This document shows positions 1-8,968 of a stretch of DNA of 64,000 nucleotides, one piece after another. The notes beneath the pieces were generated by a model, which saw only the letters and a list, made by a program, of their open reading frames with translations, was not told where the DNA came from and made no database searches. The DNA comes from Cyclobacteriaceae bacterium (lineage in GTDB: Bacteria; Bacteroidota; Bacteroidia; Cytophagales; Cyclobacteriaceae). The DNA lies in assembly GCA_044221195.1 (NCBI GenBank), contig JBGAPO010000005.1:35481-99480 (forward strand), written 5' to 3'. Each line of letters opens with the position of its first letter. The stretch's first letter is position 1. The translations under genes and the position numbers were made by a program.

Positions 1-536
1 AGGCCCGGCTCAAGTTCCTTGATCCGCTCTGATTCAAGCAGCCGCTGAAGTGAAAGTGCGTAATCCCCTTTCCGATGGTACATCAGGGCCATATCATGAA
101 GGACCTGCAGTTGACCCTGATGGTTCTTCTGAAGTTCGTAGTGATGCAGGCTGCGGGAAAAGTAGACTTCGGCGGAGTCGTAATAGCCCTGGTAGTAATA
201 GACATTTGCCGCCACGTAGTAGCTGGCAGCGAGATTATCGTCATCATGGGCGTCGGCCGATTGTTGGAATGCCTTTCGCAGGCAGTACATGGAACTGTCG
301 TAATCACCGTTGACCCAGTAAACTTTTCCCAGGGCAGCCCACACTCTGCCTGCACAATGCGGCCCGGCGTTGCGGAAGTGAGCCAATGCGCTAAAGGCCA
401 ATTGGTGCACGCGTGGGTAATCAGACCAGAGGACAGATTCCACTTCGCGAATTGCGTTGTTGTTCGCGGTGGTGTCGCACTGACCTGCAGCGTGGCCAAT
501 GGATAGAACCCAAACGATAACGCTGAGTGTGCGCAT
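1..536 (-). CDS. TPR-like repeat protein with N-terminal signal peptide; the 3' end runs off the window and the ORF is absent from the supplied track
   Basis: Manual reverse-complement translation from ATG at 536-534 gives MRTLSVIVWVLSIGHAAGQCDTTANNNAIREVESVLWSDYPRVHQLAFSALAHFRNAGPHCAGRVWAALGKVYWVNGDYDSSMYCLRKAFQQSADAHDDDNLAASYYVAANVYYYQGYYDSAEVYFSRSLHHYELQKNHQGQLQVLHDMALMYHRKGDYALSLQRLLESERIKELEPG. The frame is open to position 1. The G-D/Y-Y-D/A-S-A/S helix-pair pattern recurs as in TPR repeats. Confidence 0.6.
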   Translation of the reverse strand, partial: MRTLSVIVWVLSIGHAAGQCDTTANNNAIREVESVLWSDYPRVHQLAFSALAHFRNAGPHCAGRVWAALGKVYWVNGDYDSSMYCLRKAFQQSADAHDDDNLAASYYVAANVYYYQGYYDSAEVYFSRSLHHYELQKNHQGQLQVLHDMALMYHRKGDYALSLQRLLESERIKELEPG

Positions 537-607
537 GTTTAGAAAGAAAAGAAAAACCCGCGGGGTTCGGCCCCACGGGTTGAAGGTAACCAATTTGGAT
601 GCGTTGA

Positions 608-1099
608 TCAGGGTTGTTTGGTAAACGTGAAGAACTTCTGGAAAGCGAGGTTACATCCGCAGCCGGCGTTCGCGCCGTAATCCTCCGTCAGCGGCTCACG
701 TTGATCCCATGACATGGTGGCTCCGGCGACAAAATTGGGGATGCTGTAGAACCCGAGCCCCGTGTTGCCGTTTCCAATGTCGATCGTCTTGTTGGCTTCA
801 TTCAGCGTGAAGCTGGTGGGGCCGAAGATCACTGCATTGGAAACATCCTTCACCGTCACGGTGGTGGACGAGAATACAAACTTCATCCCGATGAAGTCTG
901 TCGACACCGCGCGAGGTGTGATAATTCCCGCGCCCTCCTTCCACTCGGTACCCTCGGCGGTTGCCACGATCCAGGTGCCCTGGAGGTTGGCAGTTGTCAC
1001 GCCGGTACTGGGCGCCACGGTGTCCTCCTTCTTACAGGATGACAGGAGTGAGATAACCAGGGCAGCCATCACGCCGGCCCGGATGATTTGATTTTTCAT
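608..1099 (-). CDS. small lipoprotein, possibly a lipocalin-like beta-barrel
   Basis: ORF 608..1192 trimmed to the internal ATG at 1099. This gives MKNQIIRAGVMAALVISLLSSC, a signal peptide with a lipobox Cys. The remainder is beta-rich and contains a QGTWIV motif. Function is not established. Confidence 0.6.
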   Translation of the reverse strand: MKNQIIRAGVMAALVISLLSSCKKEDTVAPSTGVTTANLQGTWIVATAEGTEWKEGAGIITPRAVSTDFIGMKFVFSSTTVTVKDVSNAVIFGPTSFTLNEANKTIDIGNGNTGLGFYSIPNFVAGATMSWDQREPLTEDYGANAGCGCNLAFQKFFTFTKQP

Positions 1100-1231
1100 A
1101 GTTGTGCGGTTTTTACACTCAAATTGTATCTTGGCTCTCGGGTTTGCATACGCCGTTTTGCAGATCGCAACGTATTGTTTGCCAAGGCCCATTCTCCGTT
1201 TGCCAAGTCACTAACCGGTTCACGCCAATCT

Positions 1232-3034
1232 ATGAACGCCTACACCAACCTTGATCACCTGAAATTTCTTCTCCAGGAGGTTCATCCCGTCGAGTCGCTT
1301 TTGAAACTCCCCCGGTACGCGCACCTCGACTGGTCGCAGTGCTGGATGATGGTGGAGTCTGCCAAATCGCTGGCCGATCGTCATATGGCGCCGTACTTCA
1401 AGGAGATGGATGAACAAGGCGTACACTACGACGGCAATGGAGGTGTGAAATCGCATCCGCAGCTGAGGACCATCATGCTGCAGGCAGGCGAGCAAGGGTG
1501 GATCAATGGCGCGGCCTCGTTCGAGGTCGGCGGGCTGCAGTTGCCGTTGATGATCTACAATGCCGGACAGCACATCTTCCAGGCAGCCAATAATCTGTGC
1601 CAGGGATATTTCAGCCTGACCAGCGGCGCGGCCGCGTTGATCACGAGTTTCGGGTCGAAGCAACAGATCGACACGTTTGTGCCGCTGATGTTCGAAGGAA
1701 AATGGCAAGGCACGATGGCCCTCACCGAACCGCAGGCGGGCAGCTCATTGTCAGACATTACGTCAAGCGCCAAACCGATCGGCGGCGATCGCTACAAGAT
1801 CAGGGGGCAGAAGATTTTCATCTCCGGCGGACAGCACGAGGGCGCCGACAATTTTATACATCTCACCCTGGTGCGCATTGAAGGAGCTCCTGCAGGAACG
1901 AAAGGCATCTCGCTTTTTATTATTCCCAAGTTCAGGCCGGAAGCCGACGGCAGCCTGAAGTACAACGATGTGTTTTGTGCCGGCGACTTCCAGAAGATGG
2001 GACAGAAAGGGTACGTCACCACGCACCTCGTGTTTGGCGACAACGACGACTGCATCGGTTATCTCGTCGGTGAACCCAACAAGGGATTGTCCTACATGTT
2101 CCAGATGATGAATGAAGCGAGGATTGGTGTGGGGCAAACCGCCGCATCGGTGGCCATGGCCGCGTACCAGGCTTCGCTCCAATATGCCCAGGAGCGCAGC
2201 CAGGGTCGGCTCACCAGCGAAAAAGATCCGCTGAAGCCGCCGACGCTGATCATCCGGCACCCCGACGTACAGCGGATGCTGCTGACGCAGAAAGCCATCG
2301 CCGAAGGGTCGCTGTCGTTGGCGATGGAATGCAACCGGCTTTACGATTTTGCCCACGCAACAGAAGGTGATACACAACGTGGGCACTTGCTTTTGCTGGA
2401 GATCCTCACGCCCATTGTGAAGACCTATTCGTCAGAGCAAGGCAGCCGTTCAGCTGCGCTCGCTGTTCAAACACTGGGTGGTTACGGTTTCACCATGGAC
2501 TTCCCCGTGCAGCAACACTACCGCGACCTGAAGATCATGTCGATTTACGAAGGAACCACCGGCATACAGTCGCTCGACCTGTTGGGCCGCAAGGTGACGA
2601 TGGACAAAGGAAAGGCGCTCACACTTCTCGCCGAGGCGATACGAAGCGCCATCGCGGAGGCTTCTTCGGTTCCCGGGTTGGAGGTGTATGCAAAGCAGTT
2701 GGAAGCCGAGCTACAGCGCATTCAGACCGTCGTCAATCACCTCCTGAAGTTTGCCGGCAGCGACATTGACCGGTTCCTGGCCGATGCCACGGTATTCATG
2801 GAGCAGCTGAGTTATGTGGTTATCGGTTGGCAGTGGCTGAAGATGGCCACCCTGGCTGCCGGGCGTCTTGCGTCCAATGACCTGACCCGTCAGACTCGCG
2901 CTTTCTATGAGGGCAAGGTCCACACCATGAAATTCTTCTTCCGGTACGAGTTGCCCCATGCAGAGGCCTGCGCCAAGACCCTCCTAGATGAGGCCTACCT
3001 CACCAATCTGACGAATTGGGATCTACTTAAGTAG
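1232..3034 (+). CDS. acyl-CoA dehydrogenase family protein (long, about 600 aa form)
   Basis: ORF 1088..3034 trimmed to ATG 1232 (MNAYTNLDHLKF). ACAD-type motifs are present: LTEPQAGSSLSDI, KIFISGGQH and IYEGTTGIQSLDLLGRK. Confidence 0.85.
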   Translation: MNAYTNLDHLKFLLQEVHPVESLLKLPRYAHLDWSQCWMMVESAKSLADRHMAPYFKEMDEQGVHYDGNGGVKSHPQLRTIMLQAGEQGWINGAASFEVGGLQLPLMIYNAGQHIFQAANNLCQGYFSLTSGAAALITSFGSKQQIDTFVPLMFEGKWQGTMALTEPQAGSSLSDITSSAKPIGGDRYKIRGQKIFISGGQHEGADNFIHLTLVRIEGAPAGTKGISLFIIPKFRPEADGSLKYNDVFCAGDFQKMGQKGYVTTHLVFGDNDDCIGYLVGEPNKGLSYMFQMMNEARIGVGQTAASVAMAAYQASLQYAQERSQGRLTSEKDPLKPPTLIIRHPDVQRMLLTQKAIAEGSLSLAMECNRLYDFAHATEGDTQRGHLLLLEILTPIVKTYSSEQGSRSAALAVQTLGGYGFTMDFPVQQHYRDLKIMSIYEGTTGIQSLDLLGRKVTMDKGKALTLLAEAIRSAIAEASSVPGLEVYAKQLEAELQRIQTVVNHLLKFAGSDIDRFLADATVFMEQLSYVVIGWQWLKMATLAAGRLASNDLTRQTRAFYEGKVHTMKFFFRYELPHAEACAKTLLDEAYLTNLTNWDLLK

Positions 3035-3199
3035 GGCTCCCGCCTGTCTATTTACAGTCAATTTGTCCTCTTTTACTGTTTAGGCCCTTCAATTCCGGCC
3101 ATCCTGTCCGGATAATGGCCACTTTTTGGGTCGGCACGGATTTTCCTAAGGGTAGTGGAGAAACCAAAAACACATCGTTAACCACTAAACATTAACAGT

Positions 3200-3628
3200 A
3201 TGAGTCTCATCCGTTATAACACCGCCGATTACGCACCGGCTACCTTCAGCAGCCTGATTGATCGTTTCTTCAACGACACGATGACCCGTTCGGGCGGCAG
3301 TTCGTTCCAGCCCCGCGTTGACATTGTGGAGAACGACAATGCCTTCGAATTGCATGTCGCTGTTCCGGGTATGAACAAGGAAGACTTCCAAATTGAAATG
3401 AAGGACAACTTCCTGACGGTGAGTGGAGAGCGCAAGTTCACCAACGAGAAGAAAGATGCCAACTGGCATTCCATCGAGACCCAGTTCGGTTCATTCTCCC
3501 GTTCGTTCTCCCTGCCGGAAAATGTGGACGCCGGCAAGATCAATGCGAAATACAACAACGGCATCCTGGAGATCTCCATTCCGAAGGATGAAAAGAAAGC
3601 ACTGAAGACGACCATTAAGGTCAACTAA
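3200..3628 (+). CDS. Hsp20/alpha-crystallin family small heat-shock protein
   Basis: 142 aa. Alpha-crystallin core: PRVDIVENDNAFELHVAVPGMNKEDFQIEMKDNFLTVSGERK ... AKYNNGILEISIPK. Confidence 0.9.
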   Translation: MSLIRYNTADYAPATFSSLIDRFFNDTMTRSGGSSFQPRVDIVENDNAFELHVAVPGMNKEDFQIEMKDNFLTVSGERKFTNEKKDANWHSIETQFGSFSRSFSLPENVDAGKINAKYNNGILEISIPKDEKKALKTTIKVN

Positions 3629-3654
3629 GCGTACGTAGGTTGAGGGGTTGGTGA

Positions 3655-3693
3655 GAGGGCGCTCCGTCGAACGGCGGGCGCCCTCATTTTTTT
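3655..3693 (+). terminator. Rho-independent terminator after hsp20
   Basis: GAGGGCGC (3655-3662) pairs with GCGCCCTC (3678-3685). The loop has an inner CCGT/ACGG stem. A T7 run follows (ATTTTTTT, 3686-3693). Confidence 0.8.
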
Positions 3694-3852
3694 GAGCCGC
3701 GTGATGAATGCGGCTATTCCGCACAGGAAAGATTCATGCCCGGCGGTTAGTCGGAGCCAATGCAGACTCGTGGTGCACCTGGGTTTTCCGCCGGAAGAAT
3801 GCTCATTTTGAGCCCAAAATCCACTACCTTTCCGCTTCTCTTTGGGTTGGAT

Positions 3853-5280
3853 ATGCGCCGTTTTCTCTTCATCGCCGTCGTTCTGCTTGCCGCCTTTATC
3901 GGGGCGATTATCGGCTCGGTTTATACCCTGCGATACCTGGAAGAAATTCCGGACTACAAGTCCATTGCCGACCATCAAAAGGTGCGCTTACCGGCTGGAA
4001 AGCCAGCGCTTACCGGAACTGCCGCGGTTAATTTTGAAACCGCAGCCGAGCAGGTGATTCCGGCCGTCGTCAACATCAATACTGTGTTTGGCGCCGGCGA
4101 GTTCAGCCTGACCCCCATGGACCTCAACTTCGATCCGATGGCCCGGCCCAGCGGCTCCGGGGTGATCATCAGCGACGACGGTTATATCGTGACCAATGAG
4201 CACGTAATCGAAGACGCCACCGCCATTGAAGTTGTGCTGAATGACAACCAGCGCTATTACGCCAAGATCATCGGCAAGGATCCCAGTACCGACCTTGCCC
4301 TGTTAAAAATCAAAGCGAAGAACCTTCCCTATCTGCGCTACGGCAATTCGGACGACGTGTCCCCCGGCGAATGGGTGCTCGCCGTAGGGAATCCGTTCGA
4401 CCTGAATTCAACCATCACCGCGGGCATCGTCAGTGCCAAAGCGCGCAACATTGGTATCCTTCGCGACAAGAATAACCTGCAGGTGGAATCCTTCATTCAA
4501 ACCGACGCGGCCGTCAACCCCGGCAACAGCGGCGGCGCACTGGTTAATCTCAAAGGCGAGTTGATCGGAATTAACTCCGCCATCGCCACGGTTACCGGCA
4601 GTTACTCCGGCTACTCGTTTGCCATTCCCGTTAACCTGGTCCGCAAGATCATGGATGATCTTCTGGAGTTTGGCACCGTTCAGCGGGGACTGCTGGGTGT
4701 GGAGATACGGGATGTGACCGCACGGCTGGCCCAGGACCGCGACCTCGATGTTGTGCGCGGCGTGTTTATTGTCCGTGTCAACGCAGGCAGTGCGGCGGAT
4801 CAATCGGGCATGGAGGCCGGCGATGTGATCACTTCGATCGACGGCCAGGAAGTGGGCAGTGTTTCCGAATTGCAAGAGCTGGTCGCTCGTCATCGCCCCG
4901 GTCACACCATCCAGGTCACCTACCGCAGAGACGGCAAGGTGTCATCGGTGAAGACGACGTTACGAAATTTTGAAGGCCGGATGGCCATCACCCGACTGCC
5001 AGTCAACTACGAGATCCAGGGAGCCAAGTTTGAGGACATCCCCTATTCCGAACTTAACCGCCGCAACCTCGAAGGCGGCGTACTCATCCGTAACCTTGGC
5101 TCCGGCAAGTGGCACGATGCCGGCCTGCAGAAGGGATTTATCATCACGCACATCGACAAGGTCAGCGTTGAAAATGTCGAAGATCTCAACCGCATACTGG
5201 AATATAAATCCGGCGGCATCCTCGTCGAGGGAATCTATTCCTCCTCAGGGGCCAAAGCGGTATACGGCGTGAACTGGTGA
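3853..5280 (+). CDS. HtrA/DegP/DegQ-family periplasmic serine endoprotease with PDZ domain(s)
   Basis: ORF 3760..5280 trimmed to ATG 3853 (MRRFLFIAVVLLAAFIG membrane anchor). Catalytic triad contexts are TNEHVI, DLALLKI and GNSGGALVN. The C-terminal PDZ-like region contains GMEAGDVITSIDG. Confidence 0.85.
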   Translation: MRRFLFIAVVLLAAFIGAIIGSVYTLRYLEEIPDYKSIADHQKVRLPAGKPALTGTAAVNFETAAEQVIPAVVNINTVFGAGEFSLTPMDLNFDPMARPSGSGVIISDDGYIVTNEHVIEDATAIEVVLNDNQRYYAKIIGKDPSTDLALLKIKAKNLPYLRYGNSDDVSPGEWVLAVGNPFDLNSTITAGIVSAKARNIGILRDKNNLQVESFIQTDAAVNPGNSGGALVNLKGELIGINSAIATVTGSYSGYSFAIPVNLVRKIMDDLLEFGTVQRGLLGVEIRDVTARLAQDRDLDVVRGVFIVRVNAGSAADQSGMEAGDVITSIDGQEVGSVSELQELVARHRPGHTIQVTYRRDGKVSSVKTTLRNFEGRMAITRLPVNYEIQGAKFEDIPYSELNRRNLEGGVLIRNLGSGKWHDAGLQKGFIITHIDKVSVENVEDLNRILEYKSGGILVEGIYSSSGAKAVYGVNW

Positions 5281-5310
5281 CTTTTTCTATCCAACTACTT
5301 TAACCTTCTT

Positions 5311-6852
5311 ATGAATTCCGTCAGCATCCCTCATGTATTAAAAACCCTTGGCATCAAGAGCGCAAACCCTGGCGTATCAACCGGCAGCAAGTGGCTCCGG
5401 ACGAAAGGCCCGGTTCTGAAATCTTACTCCCCGGTCGACGGCAAGTTGATCGCGACCGTGCAAAGCACCGATGCCGCTTCGTTCAACAAGGTGGTGGCAA
5501 CGTCGCGCGCGGCGTTTGAGCAGTGGCGGCAGGTGCCGGCGCCGAAACGGGGCGAGGTGGTCCGCCAAATCGGCGAAGCTCTCCGGGCGAAGAAAGATGC
5601 GCTGGGTATGCTGGTATCCTATGAAATGGGCAAGTCGTACCAGGAAGGATTGGGCGAAGTACAGGAGATGATTGACATCTGCGACTTCGCGGTAGGACTT
5701 TCGCGTCAGCTTCACGGACTGACCATGCATTCAGAGCGGCCGCTTCACCGGATGTACGAACAATATCATCCCCTGGGGCTGGTCGGCATCATATCGGCAT
5801 TCAACTTTCCCGTGGCCGTCTGGTCGTGGAATGCCGCCCTTGCCTGGGTCTGCGGCGACACGTGCATCTGGAAGCCTTCGGAGAAGACACCCTTATGCAG
5901 CGTTGCCTGTCAGCACATCGTGAACGAAGTTTTTAAGAAGAACAACGTCCCCGAGGGCGTGTCCTGTATTGTAAACGGCGACTTCCGCGTGGGTCAATGG
6001 CTCGCCTCCAATGAGGATATTCCGCTGGTTTCCGCCACCGGTTCCGTGCGGATGGGCAAGGCGGTGGGCATCGCCGTCATGGAGCGACTGGGCCGACCCC
6101 TTCTTGAATTAGGCGGCAACAATGCGATCATCATTTCCGAGCATGCCAACCTGGACATTGCCATTCGCGGCGCGCTCTTTGGCGCAGTGGGAACGGCAGG
6201 GCAGCGCTGCACCACCACCCGGAGGCTGATCGTCCACGAGAAGGTTTACGCGACAGTCAAAGAAAAACTGCGGAAGGCCTACGGGCAGCTGAGCATCGGC
6301 AACCCGTTGGATCCGAAGAATCATGTTGGGCCGCTCATCGACAAACTGGCCGTTCAGCACTACCAAAACGCCCTGAAAGCAGTGAAGAAGCAAGGCGGCA
6401 AATTATTGGTTGAAGGCGGTGTGGTGACCGGAAAAGGATTTGAGTCAGGCTGCTATGTGAAACCGGCCATTGCCGAAGTGAAGAATGAATTCCCCATCGT
6501 GCAGCAGGAGACGTTCGCGCCCATACTCTATCTCATTAAGTACAAGAAGATCGAAGACGCCATCGCGATCCAGAATGGCGTAAAACAGGGGCTTTCCTCT
6601 GCGCTCATGACCACCAACATGATGGAAATGGAGCGCTTCCTGTCGGCCACGGGCAGCGACTGCGGCATTGCGAATGTGAACATCGGCACCTCCGGGGCTG
6701 AGATTGGCGGCGCTTTCGGGGGAGAGAAAGAAACCGGCGGCGGCCGGGAGTCCGGTTCCGACGCCTGGAAGGTCTACATGCGTCGTCAAACGAACACCAT
6801 CAACTACGGCACGAGTCTGCCGCTGGCGCAAGGAATCAAGTTTGATGTTTGA
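5311..6852 (+). CDS. aldehyde dehydrogenase, ALDH7-like (L-piperideine-6-carboxylate / alpha-aminoadipic semialdehyde dehydrogenase type)
   Basis: 513 aa. Contains ELGGNNAIII and the catalytic GQRCTTTRR. The N-terminal region has the layout I associate with the ALDH7/antiquitin family. Confidence 0.75.
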   Translation: MNSVSIPHVLKTLGIKSANPGVSTGSKWLRTKGPVLKSYSPVDGKLIATVQSTDAASFNKVVATSRAAFEQWRQVPAPKRGEVVRQIGEALRAKKDALGMLVSYEMGKSYQEGLGEVQEMIDICDFAVGLSRQLHGLTMHSERPLHRMYEQYHPLGLVGIISAFNFPVAVWSWNAALAWVCGDTCIWKPSEKTPLCSVACQHIVNEVFKKNNVPEGVSCIVNGDFRVGQWLASNEDIPLVSATGSVRMGKAVGIAVMERLGRPLLELGGNNAIIISEHANLDIAIRGALFGAVGTAGQRCTTTRRLIVHEKVYATVKEKLRKAYGQLSIGNPLDPKNHVGPLIDKLAVQHYQNALKAVKKQGGKLLVEGGVVTGKGFESGCYVKPAIAEVKNEFPIVQQETFAPILYLIKYKKIEDAIAIQNGVKQGLSSALMTTNMMEMERFLSATGSDCGIANVNIGTSGAEIGGAFGGEKETGGGRESGSDAWKVYMRRQTNTINYGTSLPLAQGIKFDV

Positions 6853-6855
6853 TCC

Positions 6856-6893
6856 CTTCCCGGGCGCCAGTCTTCATGCCGGCGCTCGGGAAG
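6856..6893 (+). terminator. hairpin after the aldehyde dehydrogenase (candidate terminator, no T-run)
   Basis: CTTCCCGGGCGCC (6856-6868) pairs with GGCGCTCGGGAAG (6881-6893) with one mismatch. No U-tract follows. Confidence 0.35.
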
Positions 6894-6953
6894 CGGAAGA
6901 TGAAGTCTTGCAATTGCTCCGGAGGGTCGTTACATTGTCCCTCCTTTTAACCC

Positions 6954-7361
6954 ATGGCACCCAAGCGTTATCGTTCTGTGATGCTCATTGATGACAATGA
7001 GATTGACAACCTCATCAATCAGAAGATGGTTGAGGCGGCGTCCATCACGGACCACATCTACATCCACACCGGCGCCCGCAGCGCCATCGAATTCCTCCGC
7101 AACATTGAAAAGCTGGAGATCGCGGACCAGGTGCTGCCCGATGTTATCTTTCTCGACATCGACATGCCCCTCATGGACGGATTTCAGTTCCTCGATGAAT
7201 TCGAAAAGTTGATGACCACCACCAAGAAGAAGTGTCGGATCGTCATGCTGACATCGTCCATCAACCCCCAGGATGTCAACCGGTCGAAGAAGTACAGCAA
7301 CGTGAAACTCTACCTCAACAAACCGTTGACCCACGAGAGTCTCATGGACCTCAGTCTCTAG
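6954..7361 (+). CDS. stand-alone response regulator receiver domain protein (CheY-like)
   Basis: 135 aa. Contains VMLIDDNEID, the phospho-acceptor context VIFLDIDMPLMDG, then IVMLTSS and YLNKPL. There is no output domain. Confidence 0.85.
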   Translation: MAPKRYRSVMLIDDNEIDNLINQKMVEAASITDHIYIHTGARSAIEFLRNIEKLEIADQVLPDVIFLDIDMPLMDGFQFLDEFEKLMTTTKKKCRIVMLTSSINPQDVNRSKKYSNVKLYLNKPLTHESLMDLSL

Positions 7362-8848
7362 ATATCGTCGTCGTTCTCATCGTAGCTTCCGCCGCCCTGG
7401 ATTTCGAGGGCGATGAGCCGCTCCACGAATTTGTCGTCCATGCGGATGTAGGACGTGGGGGCAAAATAATTTAGCGAGAGGGCCTTGAACCGGGGGATCA
7501 AAGCGGAAATCTTCTTCTGTTTTTCCTTCTTCGCCTCGCTGACGGCAATCTTCAGGATCTTCAGGAAGATCAGCACATTCTCGCAGGCGTCCTTACCGAT
7601 GATGCGGATATTTCGCTGAACGCTGTTGGAGAGCTGGTTGAAGAGGTCAATGTCTTTCAGCATACAGTACTGCAGGCAAAGGAGCGCCTTCACCTCCATC
7701 TGGGCCAACGGATATTTCTTCAGGCTGACGTCGTTGATGAGATTGTTCAACAGCCGCGCTGTCTCCTCATACCGGCCCACGTAATAACTGCCCATCGCGC
7801 AGTAGACCGTATAGATAATGTGCTGCGGAATATTGTTCAGGTCTGGCTCGTAGTCGGCGAACAGCTCCTTTTGCTCACCATAGAGATCCGATTCAGTTCC
7901 CATCCGTAGCGACCGTTCCAGCTTGGAAATCAGGAAGCGGATGGAAAAGGTGTAGTAGGGATAATTGACGAGCAGGTTGGATGCCGCGTCGTTGACCTCT
8001 TCAAAATACCGCTCGGCTTGCTTGTACACCTTGTAATGGTTGTAGTACTCCAGTTTGAGAAATTCAAACAGCAGGTTGAGGTGGTAGTAAACCGGATCGA
8101 GGTTGTAGCGGTCAAAGATATCCTGCACCCTGCCGAAAATATCCTCAATCGACTCCTCTTCGGACTGGAGGTTTTCCTCCCCTTCCACAAACAGCCGGTG
8201 GAAGACTACCATGCAGGACTTATACACATACAGGCGATGCGACTCATACAGGTTGGCCACACTATGGATCTCGCGGATCAGCAATTCCAGGCTGAGCTTC
8301 TCGGTCGGGTCGGCGGTGAGGAAATAGTTGCCGTACTTCTTGAAATAATCAGCCACCACATCTTCCGCCTTGTCGACGGCCAGCATGTAGGCGATATGGC
8401 GGTTATACAGCTGGGAAAACTGAAAGTATTCGGGGGAATGTAAATGGAGCTTTTTCAGGAGCTTGTAGATGGTCGGCAGTTCACCCACCAGGTCAGCTTC
8501 GATGAGTTCCTTTTCCAGTTTTCTGAGCGTGGCGATGGCGATCGTCTTCTTGTTGGTGAAGAAGACTTCGTTGATGTTCGCCACCTTGCGGAGCAGGTCC
8601 GTGCGGGGGCTTTCCATCTGCTGAATGAGGTACTCCTCAATCTTCTGGCTGAGGCGCGACCGCATGGTATAGTAGGCGTTCGCGTTGACTTCCAGTTCGG
8701 CCATCACCTTGTTCTCCGACAGTTGCCGCTCCCTCATGGCTTTGAGGAGGTAGGCCGACTTCTCCGCGTTTCCCGAAATCAGTGAATCATAGATGGCCTG
8801 GTAGTCCTTGTCGGACAACTGCTTGACGATGTTTTTAAGTTTAGCCAT
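7358..8848 (-). CDS. hypothetical all-helical protein with a possible N-terminal HTH and TPR-like body
   Basis: 496-aa clean ORF with an acidic C-terminus (GGGSYDENDDDI). The N-terminal segment LSENKVMAELEVNANAYYTMRSRLSQKIEEYL resembles a LuxR/sigma-r4-type HTH. No enzyme motifs are visible. Confidence 0.6.
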   Translation of the reverse strand: MAKLKNIVKQLSDKDYQAIYDSLISGNAEKSAYLLKAMRERQLSENKVMAELEVNANAYYTMRSRLSQKIEEYLIQQMESPRTDLLRKVANINEVFFTNKKTIAIATLRKLEKELIEADLVGELPTIYKLLKKLHLHSPEYFQFSQLYNRHIAYMLAVDKAEDVVADYFKKYGNYFLTADPTEKLSLELLIREIHSVANLYESHRLYVYKSCMVVFHRLFVEGEENLQSEEESIEDIFGRVQDIFDRYNLDPVYYHLNLLFEFLKLEYYNHYKVYKQAERYFEEVNDAASNLLVNYPYYTFSIRFLISKLERSLRMGTESDLYGEQKELFADYEPDLNNIPQHIIYTVYCAMGSYYVGRYEETARLLNNLINDVSLKKYPLAQMEVKALLCLQYCMLKDIDLFNQLSNSVQRNIRIIGKDACENVLIFLKILKIAVSEAKKEKQKKISALIPRFKALSLNYFAPTSYIRMDDKFVERLIALEIQGGGSYDENDDDI

Positions 8849-8968
8849 GTGGGTGAAACCCTTATCGAGGCCAAAAAATACAAAATACAGTAGTAAAACA
8901 CGCCGCCGGCCCGTGATTTTACAGTATTGGTACGCGGGAGATACGATATGAGGAAATCAGCGAACGGA

